The position numbers were made by a program, and so were the translations under genes. The notes beneath the pieces were generated by a model. That model made no database searches, was not told where the DNA came from, and saw only the letters and a list, made by a program, of their open reading frames with translations. A stretch of 56,444 nucleotides of DNA, the filler included, from Squatina squatina (lineage: Eukaryota): the NCBI GenBank assembly GCA_031763465.1. It is 3 parts of 3 records of this genome, joined end to end, with 100 filler letters (N's around TTAATTAATTAA, not from the genome) between each part and the next. Parts side by side here need not be neighbours in the genome. Positions count along the whole stretch, not along the records: positions 1 to 21,409 come from JARFOE010000005.1; 2 more parts are not named here. One strand, given 5' to 3'. Below are positions 9,900 through 21,509 of this stretch, piece by piece. Within the stretch, counting starts at the first letter, position 1. Each line of letters begins with the position of its first letter.

Positions 9900-12800
9900 C
9901 TCCATCGTTAGCCCAAACCGACCTATCACCAGCCCACACAAAACCTGGGCTCTTTCCATGCACAATTCTAACCGGCTCTGCCAACGATGCTTTTTACCAG
10001 TGCATGTTTTTTTTTTCCTTTTCTCTATTCTCAGCAGACATGTTGCAAGACAGTTACAGATGAGCTTTGGTGTTCTACAGCTCTTTCTGTCCTCATTTTC
10101 TCTCTCTTCCTCTTACTTTCTCTTTCTTTGAGCTCCCACACACATTAAGCCTCCATGAAATTAATTCTACCGCCTTTGCATTCCAATTTTGAGTTAATTA
10201 CATGGATATTTATTTTTTGTCCCTATATGTGTCAGAAACATGCGTTCACAATGTAAGTAAATGTCTTTTCCTTTAAAATTATTCGGTCGCAATAATTGCT
10301 AATTTAGTGCATTGCCCCTTTAGGCAAAACAGCATTGAACAAAACTATGAGGCATTCTTCAGTCTGTTTAAAAGAAGAATTTAGGTGCTCCCAGGAGCTG
10401 ATAAAGCGGAATNNNNNNNNNNNNNNNNNNNNNNNNNNNNNNNNNNNNNNNNNNNNNNNNNNNNNNNNNNNNNNNNNNNNNNNNNNNNNNNNNNNNNNNN
10501 NNNNNNNNNNNNCCAAGGAACAGTCATTTGCTAAAGTGAAAACGATGAGAAATATACATCATTCCAACATTTACATATTATAATACAACTGTTCATCTAT
10601 TTGGTCAGATATATGGTCAGATATATTACATGCCCACGACAGTTATAAGGAACACTCCCTACCCCCAAAAATTTCCTTTCCTGCCAATCCAGGTAGCACC
10701 AGTTTACTGATATAACTTTGGTGGAAAATTGGCCCACTGAGTCAGCACGTTTGGGGTCGTGGCTTTACAATTTGTCTCAATACTCCACCGCCAAGAGGGA
10801 GCCCACCAACGGGCAGCCAAAAAAACCCAGCAGTCCTGCAGGAGAAGAGGCTTGTGGGGCATTTAAAGGGGCCGAGGAACCTAAAGATCAGGAAATTAGC
10901 ATCCCAGAATGTAGAGACTGAGGCCTACATTGGAAGGTAAGAGGGCACCAGGTCAGAGGGTGAGAAGCCACTACAAGCCCTTCTATTTCTGTTGGGGGAC
11001 CTTAGGGCTGTTACCCCATCTTCCCGGGGCATACTTCCACATGGTGATCCTGGGAAATGGTAATAACTGGGGTCGCTCAGGGATTTCACCTTATTATTAT
11101 CCCACCCCAGTTCAAGGGGGATTGCGAAGGAAAATCCAGCTTATTGTGTTGAAAGGAATGGTTTGGTGGGTAAGTTATCTGTTCTTGATCAGTACTTTCT
11201 CATGCTCTTATGTAGAATCAGCGGCATATGGGAGAAAGGTGAAGCTGGGAAAGTTATCTGGTGAGTCTCAGATTGATAGGAACAGAAAAGAAAGGAATTG
11301 CAATTATATAGCGTCTTTCATGATCTCAAAAGCTTTCAAAGTACTTTACAGCCAAAGAAGTACTTGTTGAAGTGTAGTCACTGTTATAATGTAAGGAAAA
11401 GACAATTAGCTTGTGGACAAGTACAGTTGGACAAAATATTCCAGTGGATCAAATCCGACAAGGATTTGCTTCGGAGGAAAGAAAATCAAGCAATATGTAA
11501 TCATATTGTATTGGGGTAATACACAGAATCATCAGCGATAAATACTTTCAACTCACCAAGCTCTTACCCAGCACACGAAAAGGAAAAATTGCTCAAAAAT
11601 AGGTCGAATTATCTCTCTTGTTATTCACTTTTATGTATCCTGAACACATTTTTCTAGAATGGTTTAGCGTGTACTGTACTTCTATCTGATGGTGGGTTGA
11701 TTTTAATGAAGGACACTTAGTGACTTCAAAAGTGGCTTCTGACGTTTAATGGATTCAGCCACATCTGAGGAGGGAGAGTTGGCATAAACAGCCACAGGTG
11801 GCAAAAAAGCTTAGAAGTACAAAATATAAGAACAGAAATGTAAATATAGTTGACACTACTGAATGGTAATGAGGGACAAATAGTCTTGCACTTCACTATA
11901 AATTGCTAGACAGCTTCACTGAAGATCTCAACATGTGGTCCATTCTCCAATTAAGCTGCATCTTCAGCTGGATCACAGGATAGATATAAATGAGGAAGGT
12001 CACTGGGCCCAACTCAGCTCATCCATCCAGAAAACGCCTACAGTACCCCTCATCACGGTGTCTAGCTCTTTATTAAATGATTCCAGGGTTTTTGCCTCCA
12101 TCAGTCTGCCAGTTAGGTGCATAGACGTCTCTCAGAGCAGCTGTTATCCTATGTGTGTGCCATACTTCAAATGGACTAATGGCATATTTTTGAGACAAAA
12201 TCCATATCTTCCCCACCAGACTGAAAATCTGGACAAAACAAAGAAAGGAAGAGAGGAGCCTGGGCAGAGTCCCTCCCCTCAGGCAATGTGGGACATGGTT
12301 CAGCAGTGAAATACTGCATGCTCAGTGAGTTCAAAAGATGTTGATTCACATCCTGCCAGATTGAAATCAAGGCTGTGCAATTTTGGGACCACTTTTATTC
12401 ATACTATTTTATTCATACATAATTGTGGAATTCGCATTTTTATATGTTCAGATCCATATTAGTATCTAAAAAATTGAAGTGATTGTTTTGCACAGAAATA
12501 TTCCAAGAGCTGGTTCTGGCTGACTCCCCCAATGAGATGACAACACATTTGAAAGAATTAAGCTGTTTTTTTCCACATTCATTGTTACTGCAGATGACTG
12601 GAAGTTTATTGATTCTCTCCTGATACCACAAATTACCTGAGATCATTCTTAACTACTTATTAATGAAAGGAAGGTGAAAATTGCCAACATTGTAGATTGA
12701 ATTGAAATGAAGGCTGGTAGGTTATGGTTTTAACTCTTATCAGCGCCATAATGCTAACGTTTCTAATAACACTTCTACTTTTAATCATCNNNNNNNNNNN

Positions 12801-14999
12801 NNNNNNNNNNNNNNNNNNNNNNNNNNNNNNNNNNNNNNNNNNNNNNNNNNNNNNNNNNNNNNNNNNNNNNNNNNNNNNNNNNNNNNNNNCTACAGCCCCA
12901 TACATTGCAATCACTTCAGGGTTCTCTGTCTCAGCAGTACATTGTTCGACAATACAGAAGAAGAATCTGAACCAAACGTTTTACCTGCTTATTCCTACGC
13001 ACACAACACAGCATGGTTCAATAACCTACTGTAGACTAGGCAATTCTGCCCTGTTGCTTGACTCCACCACACACCACACGCCAAGGAACTCTGTCAGTCT
13101 GCCCTCTGACGCCCCATGTAAAATTAAACTCTGATCATTTACACTGGCCACCTCCCCCATTCCCTCAAGGAACTATGACAAAGAAGTCTCCCACTGTGGT
13201 GGGATTTTGCTTTTATATATGTATATATACCCCTCCTGAACTTGACAGGATAAATTCAATTTGGACTGATTTATTCCTCCTTATTGCAAACAGTCGCTAG
13301 TTTCAATGCATTATTCATTATTGTTCTGTTGCACTTTTCAGATCACAGGTGGATATGCTTTTCATTTCTGTCTGGGTCTAGCAATGAGCAGGGAAATAGA
13401 TCATTAAAGGGAAGGGATGACCATGAATTGAAACCTGCACCTGCGTTTTTTTTAGCTTGTTTTAGTCTTTAATTAATGCTTTGATGTGCGTCTTTATTTA
13501 ATTTCAATTGTTGAAGGCTTAGTTGTACTTATTGGGCATTTGTGANNNNNNNNNNNNNNNNNNNNNNNNNNNNNNNNNNNNNNNNNNNNNNNNNNNNNNN
13601 NNNNNNNNNNNNNNNNNNNNNNNNNNNNNNNNNNNNNNNNNNNNNACGTATCGCAAATCAACCTGAGAGCTGCCTTGTCCATATGGCTCAATTCCGTAAT
13701 AATGGACCGTACACTCTCAAACTGAGCCATCTGGGAGAGCTCGGTGCAATACCTTTTATAAGATGCAGTTGAATTTTACACATACTTTCATTGCATGAAC
13801 GGAGTGTTTAGATGGTTCATCGCTCCACGTGGCTTCCTGTCTCAGTTATGTTAAGTTTTGTTTATAGTGTCACTTTGCACAACTCCTCCAACTCAACTGT
13901 ATCGCATGAAGTGTTTAGTTTTTTTTTCACAGCTGCCCTTTTGCCGCTCTTTGCAAATGAAATCAGGGGTCAATCAAGACAAATTCGATTTCACACTTAC
14001 AGTAAGCAGGTGCATGTAACAATGGAGACACACAAGGGAAAGAGGTATGGAGGGAAATGAAAATCACTGAAAGCCACCAGCACCATCATTCGATTTTTAA
14101 TCAACATATAGACTGCTTTATTAGCACCAATCAACCAGGCAAAATACTCACATTTCAATAAGCCAGAAAATAATTTAAAACAAAAATAGATTCAGCAAAA
14201 CACGGCATCAATTTTACATATATTATTTTAAATCTTTTTTTTGGAGTTCAGCAAAATATTGTACAACCATACTTGCATATACACTTTTGAATCATAGGTT
14301 ATGATAACTAAAATCCCCAGACATTCCAATCCCAGCTATTCTGGTTAATGAAATATTAAATCAGCTATGACAGCATCAGTCCTCTTCATTCTTGTATATA
14401 GTTCAAGCTCCACATACAATTCATTACTTTGTTACCAAGTGAGGGAGTAATATTTGTGGCAGAGTTACTTTAAAACTCCAGCATCATGCAACAGCCATTT
14501 CTGTCAGGCAGTTATATTTAAAGGCCTCATTGTGAACTACGCTTCTAACTTCCTAATTGAAGGAAGCAGGGAGGAGATTATACAAAAATAACAAGTGGTA
14601 TAAATACACTAATGAACCAGTCTGGATGAAAGACTCATGTGTAAGAGGTTCCTAAACACAACGGGGTGACCTGATTAAGATAGTTATCATATAGCACCTA
14701 CTGTGTAAGAGGAATCTGTCCTCATTCTTTCCCATGACTGATTTGACTGAGTTTTTTCTTCTACCTCTCTTTCCATGTCTGATCAACCTGTGGGTTATAT
14801 TTCGAGAGGGAGATTGAACCGACTTGCATATAACCGACTGCTCAGACATATTTAATGCCAATACAATCATTGATCTTTCAGATTGAATGATCTATATGAA
14901 CATCCTTCAGTTTGTTTTCTCTTTTCTAAAGTAGACAAAATTAGCTCTATTTGTGTGACCAGCTGTATTGCTGACCACTTTATTGCATTGCCATCACTG

Positions 15000-15921
15000 G
15001 TAACCTTACCTCTGATTTAAAACACTAGAAAATGTTCACTTTACACATAGGTGATCTGTTGGAGATTAGGTAAGCTCACCCTCTAGAGTGGGAATGTCCA
15101 ACCGTCATTCTAGATTTGGCCCATAAGCTTCTTTCATTTGCCCCACTTCTCGTCATCTTGGCACTGGTAGAGTGGCAGGGGTGGGAGCATGAATGCTGCC
15201 ATCCTGAGAGAGGAAAGCAGGTTCGTGCTCCATGGAGCCAGAGCCACTGCCACTATCCCAGGCGGCACCTCGGCAATCCTACTGATCTGTTGGAGAACAG
15301 ATTGATGGACTGCTGTGAGGCCCTGGAAGCCCCTTTGAACACTGGTATCCATGATGGCAGCAGTCTGAGCTTTCACTGCAGCACGCAGACTTTTGATGGA
15401 GGCTACTTGTGCTGCAGTGAAAGCTGTGACATTGGTCATCAGATGCTGCATCGTGATGGGTTCCACAGGTGTGCTGATGGAGATGACCACTCATTCCATA
15501 TTGGAAAGAATGGGCTCCAATCTCCACGTAAAGCCCTGTGCCAAGTTAGTGCTGGACTCCTCCATGCTCCTTGCATTGAGCACAGGCTTTCCAGTGCACC
15601 AAGCACTTGGTTATGTACATCATCAGCCTTCTTCTATAACCTGGCCCATCAAAATCCTCATCTGATTCACCTGCAGCAGAACTAGTGTGTGACTTTACCA
15701 ACTGGCGAGCTGGCACCTGCACTATCTTTTTTCCCCCCGCCCTGGCTCTTACACATTTGTGCCTGGAGCCTCACCACGTGCAGATCCCTCCTTTATCATA
15801 CACACAGTGACAGTCTCTGAGCTGCTGGCTGCGCGTGTAAGATCGAGTGCCGATGTCTGTTCATCTTCACTGTCTTTTTTCTCTTCCTCCACTGACTGGG
15901 AAGGCTTCACTTCTTCAGCCC
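15000..15921 (-). mobile_element. Degenerate coding fragment, probably a PIF/Harbinger accessory (Myb/SANT) gene remnant
   Basis: GC-richer island with interrupted minus-strand frames (acidic AEEVKPSQSVEEEKKDSEDEQ..., then coiled-coil-like TAAQVASIKSLRAAVKAQTAAI...). Resemblance to shark Harbinger ORFs is recalled, not verified. Confidence 0.4.
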
Positions 15922-18536
15922 NNNNNNNNNNNNNNNNNNNNNNNNNNNNNNNNNNNNNNNNNNNNNNNNNNNNNNNNNNNNNNNNNNNNNNNNNNNNNNN
16001 NNNNNNNNNNNNNNNNNNNNNACAAGGTAGATCTAAGAAATAACCTTTGTTTCTCTCTATTTCCTACAAATGTTGTATTGAATACACAGTTAGAGGTCTA
16101 TTACGTATGTGTACATTGCACCTAGTTGGAGTTGGGTCGGTCAACAAACTATAGGGTAAATTTTCATCTTCAGTTGTCCTGTTACAAAGCTTGGTCTGGG
16201 GGTTGTACCCAAGTTCCCAATATGCACTCCCAGCACACCAAGCTCTCCACCCTTATGAAACAAGTAGAGATCTCATCTGCAGTTCATCCTACAACATCCA
16301 TTATTTTGTATAGCATATCAAAGTTATTTTTTTCCTATTTTCATTCACAAAATAAAACCAGCATAGGATTACAGTGAGTGACTGCACAGGGAAGGAGGCA
16401 TCTGTGAAAAATGATGGAACAATGGACGTTGAGGTCATGGAGATCAGAGGTGCAAAACAAAACTATAAGATAAAAATTGGAGAAGACTGTAAAGTGTGCA
16501 ATATAACACAAGGATGTGTAGCATCTTAGTCTCCTGGCAATGTGCATATTGTGTCAGAATATGCCAGATTATTTTCATGTAGTTTGAGCCCTCTGATCTC
16601 ATGCGTCAAACAGCACTTGCCCAGTTAATGAGGTACCAATGGCCTTATCACCTGTGTAGTCATTTCAATGATACAACAGCAACCAGTTTTCACAAAAGGA
16701 GAAACAAGAAAGGAATAGGTGTGTACATATAAGGAACAGATAGTCAGGTTTGAATTGTAGAAGTATAGGAGATTCACTAACAGTTTTCAGTTTATACATG
16801 TGTCTATGACCTGCTCCAATCCAGCGTGGGACTATATTTATGCAAATAATTCACCACAGCCATCCATTATCACCTACCATGTAATCCAGTATCTCATTGC
16901 ACATGTACAAGGGAAAAAGATTAGGCTTGTTTAGAACACTCGTTAATTTTTTGCAACGCTTATTTGATTAGTGAGTGGGAGGGCAGAAAATAAAGACATT
17001 TTGCTGGGTTCTCAAGCTTACTACATATATGTGTCTAAAGTCTTTAAAAGTTGATAGTAAACTCTAATATTGATCTTTCAAAGTGAAATGTTTCTACCTA
17101 GCACTGTACGCANNNNNNNNNNNNNNNNNNNNNNNNNNNNNNNNNNNNNNNNNNNNNNNNNNNNNNNNNNNNNNNNNNNNNNNNNNNNNNNNNNNNNNNN
17201 NNNNNNNNNNNNNNNNNNNNNNNNNNNNNNNNNNNNNNNNNNNNNNNNNNNNNNNNNNNNNNNNNNNNNNNNNNNNNNNNNNNNNNNNNNNNNNNNNNNN
17301 NNNNNNNNNNNNNNNNNNNNNNNNNNNNNNNNNNNNNNNNNNNNNNNNNNNNNNNNNNNNNNNNNNNNNNNNNNNNNNNNNNNNNNCTGTACGCACCAAA
17401 AGGCACCATGGTTTGGTCTAAGATCTTTCTGGTTCTGCATGTGGAAGAGTTGTTCCCACAGTTTAGACCATTATAGCTACTGAATTTGATGTGGTTACAA
17501 CTGAAAAAACTCTGACTATACAAGACCCAAATTTGCTGCTCCTCCATTCATTCCACTGTATTCCACTCCTCCCTGACTCTTATAAATGTGACCACTGACA
17601 ATGAGTTAAATAATAAATTGACAATAAGTTACGGCACTACTGAAAAATAGCCATGAGCCGAGAGGAATGAATGAAAGCTTGATGAATATGCACACATTTT
17701 ATATGTAGGACTAAATTTTTAAAAATAAATTATATTTAATTTTATAATTAGGGAAACGGCAGAGCTAGCTGTATATTTATCCACCAACCTTCAGAAAACC
17801 ACCTTGGTTGCAAAACAGAGTAAAGTCTCAAAATATTTGCGAGTTAAGTTGTTTGTAATAACTCAGTGCAAAGAACATGTGTGTCATATGGCCTCTGGTA
17901 CTTTGCTCAATGGGCCATGCGAGCCTAAAAAGCAAGTGCGGGCAGGCTACTCAATCACAGGACAGGTGGTAATATCATAGCCAAGCCCACCCACGACCTC
18001 CATACACGTGGGTAGTGATCAGCAGCAGGACCCGGGCTGATTTTTTTTCCCCCTTACAGGGGCCTGGTGTAGTATCCTTACTACCACCTCAGCTGAGATC
18101 AGCTAACTTAACNNNNNNNNNNCAGGAGCAGGAACCTTGGCTGCTTTTCCCATCTCTAGCTTGGGGGGCTGAGTCCAACTGTAGTACCCCACCTCTGTCC
18201 CATGTGAGTGCACTAATTAAGGACAGACTGTGAATCAAACTGGAGACCATGCAGTTTGCACGGTTTAGTTAACAGCTACTTATACCCAACAACTGGAAGA
18301 ACTGCCCAGTGCAGTTTTGTAATTAACTACCTCCTCCCGCCCCCTTTTTCCTTATTCAAGATTTTTAAAATTTGTGGGGGTTAATTCACAAAATCCCTCT
18401 TACAATCAAATTTTAACAGGACAGATAACATTCTAATTATATTTATCAAATTCTGTGCATTTTTCTTCTAAAAGATAATCCCAATATTGCAAAATAATAT
18501 TTTTCTCTGCTAATTAACTATCAAGAGTTTGAATGT

Positions 18537-19251
18537 TTACTCTACCATGCTGCTGTCTCCTTCAGCATCCTGATTTTCTTCTGCGGATGGATTGTCATTA
18601 TCTTTCATATCTGCCATTAATTTAGATTCCTCTTTATTATCCTCAGTGCTTTTCTGACTTGCATCTGCCTGATCTTGGCTGATTTCCACTGTTCCATTAT
18701 CTCCAATTTCATAGTGAAGCGCAGCTCCTTCTGTGGCCTCATCACCAGGTTCACCCTGGGGTTCAATATCAATCTCAGTGCCTTCATTGGTTTCATCGCC
18801 AGTGTCCTTCCCTGCTACAAAACTTTCCAATTCGGTGCCACAGATATCAACAGTCTCTGTACCACCGGATGTAGCTTCAAAGAAACCTTTCTGATCTAAC
18901 TCGGTCCCACAGATATCGTGTTCAGCTGTCTCAGTGTCCATATCTGGTCTAGATTTGCTGTCTTTTTTTGTGTCTGGTTGTAGTTCTGTGCCACAGATAT
19001 CTACATCTGCATTTAAGTTTTCATTTTCCAGCAGGGAGCCAAGCTCTGTAGCACAGATGTTAACCTGTGCGGTGTCAACCTTAGTTGCACTTCCATTGCC
19101 TTCCACTCTGCTCTTAGGTTCTTCATGACTCACCCGTACAGCCTCTACAAAACTGACATTTTCATCTTCGACAAATGTCAACTCTTCTCCTGAGCTGTAC
19201 TCACTTCCATCTGTAGCTGGATAATCCTCTGTAAATAAGTCATTGTCAGCT
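18537..19251 (-). CDS. Large acidic coding exon with four ICGTEL-type repeats; probable SPA17 (Sp17) extended exon by synteny
   Basis: Strong acceptor TTTATTTTTCAG|A at 19252/19251 (phase 2). Open frame of about 237 codons in AT-rich DNA, with repeat copies differing mainly at synonymous sites. It ends at TAA 18537-18539 or at a donor (ATG|GTAGAG, exon end 18546). SPA17 lies immediately upstream of NRGN on the same strand in human. Confidence 0.7.
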
Positions 19252-21409
19252 CTGAAAAATAAATGAATCTCAATTAGACTAACTCTAACATTCTCAATTA
19301 TTTCATACCTGTATTCTCACTAGGATATGGCATTGTTTCACCATCAAATATGATTACATTGACCTAATGGAATTGAGGTTCAAAATCAGCCCATATTAAT
19401 AGCATTAAAAGTCACCTTTAGCTGTTCTTTGTAACAGTCCCTTGTGAAATAGTCTTAGTCTAGTTCTTAATGGAAATGGGCTGCAAAAGTGCCCCTAATT
19501 GGCAACGTTATTGGCAATAGGATGGCTACAGTGGGAAATGAAAATTGTCACATTTGAGGATGAGGTTGAGGAGCATTTCTGGGACAGAATGGAAGGAGTT
19601 TCAACTATATTAAGTCATGCTGACCTCGGAGAGTTTGATACTGGACGTCCAAAATGTAAATGTATTCCTTTTACCAGTACAAATATTCCTCACACAAAAT
19701 TCACAAAAGAAAAAGTAAACAATTATAGTAACCCAATAAAGCTTATCAAACATGATTTAAAATGTAGCATAAATGAGCCTGGTGATGATTCTTACAACTG
19801 ATTCTCCGCATTACAAGGTACTGATCAGGAAAAGAAGGGAGGGCAGTAAAGCCTAGGGAATGACTCAAGTGCAATATGACTGGGGGTTCTTTGTGTTGTG
19901 CAACACTGGAAGGAGGATCCAAAAGATTAAGGAGGGAAATGCCATTTTTCTTAAATCAACTAAAAATATCTTGCTTTTCAACATAAAAAAACAGTTCAAC
20001 AGCTTAAATTGAATAACCTGATTTTTAATATTAAGAACTGTCAAACTTGACCAACTTGTTATTAAGTATTGGATATTGGAAAGCACAGAAGTGACTGGTA
20101 GACAGTTATTTCATGCACTGAATACATTTACAATAATTAAGGTGTGACACCCATGTGGGAAACTTATACTTATTGAACAATGTCACTAACCATAAACATG
20201 GTAATCAGCAAAAATAATCAACTGACTACAGTCATTAAAAAGTTTTGCAAATGCAAATTATTTCAAAAGTAAAGCAGAGATTCTTCATATATAAAAATAA
20301 TAAAAATGAAGCCTAATAGCAATAACCTGGATAAAGGAGGGGAGCTTCACTCATACTGAATAAAAGCAGAATTTGATGGGTACTATTTAATGTCAAATAA
20401 ATGCAGAGCTGCAAATTGGGTATCAAAGTCCAACATTATGCTGAAGGGAAGTGGAATGAGGTTATTTCCTCCAGGGAATCTTGCTCCAAGATCAGATCGG
20501 GCCACAATTCACAATTCAAGCTGCAATTCAGTGCAGCATCAGCACTGCAATGGAGTGGACTCTGTGAGTTACAAACCTTTTTTTTCCAGACCTTTCTATA
20601 AAGTGCTGATTTTATTTTCAAACTCTGATGTGTTCTTAAAATAAACTCAAACTGTAAGAATAAACACTTGTTCAAACAAGTCCCACGCACTGACAGGTAA
20701 GATGTAACTAACGTCTAATGTGTGTGGATGACTTAACAACTCAATGATGAATTATTTTAGCTATTAACAAATTGTCCTAGTTCATCAGCGTGTGGGATCC
20801 AGGACTATAAATAAATATAGAAATTAAGAAATCTCTGATTTGGAGAGTGCAACAAATTCGCAGGAAGCTGATATCACAGTAAAACAGACACCACACAGGA
20901 ACCAAAGGTCAGGGTTGAAATTGTACACGGGCGGAGACACAAAACAGGAGGTATCGCATCGAATGCCTATTACATGCCATGCCTGATATTCAGTTCCGTT
21001 GACTTCAATAAAGCTGAATATTGGACGTCTGGTATAACGGATGGCAAATGCAATTCTGTTTGTTTTACATCTCCACCAATGCAGCCCTGTTCTTTTTAAC
21101 TTCACTATTTTGCTCAGAAGTATATAACCTCATACATTTTATGACTTTTTCTATTCAAGTTCAATATCTTTATTTACCTTCTTTGTTTTGCCTCGCTGCT
21201 CACACCGTCCATTTCAGAAGAGGGAGCAACTTTGAAAAAAATCAGGAGCATAGGAAAAGTGAAGAATGGGAAAAGGTTGTTGGGCCCAGCAGAGCTCATC
21301 CCTCTTGTATCCCATCTCCCCCACCGTAGCAGTGTCTCCAATGTTTCCGTTTCCACTGCACAGCCTGGCAGATTATTCTGAACATTGGCTAAACCGGCAC
21401 TGAATACTG

Positions 21410-21509
21410 NNNNNNNNNNNNNNNNNNNNNNNNNNNNNNNNNNNNNNNNNNNNTTAATTAATTAANNNNNNNNNNNNNNNNNNNNNNNNNNNNNNNNNNN
21501 NNNNNNNNN
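21410..21509. other. Artificial scaffold-joining spacer
   Basis: 44 N + TTAATTAATTAA (stops in all six frames) + 44 N. An identical structure is at 41766-41865. Confidence 0.95.

Noticed and set aside
20824-21356. Further exons of the acidic-exon gene
   Set aside because: No frame with convincing splice sites or an Sp17 RIIa-like sequence. The upstream exons probably lie beyond the scaffold end.
21454-21465. TTAATTAATTAA palindrome as a biological site
   Set aside because: It is centred exactly within 88 Ns and repeated identically at 41810-41821, so it is a synthetic linker.
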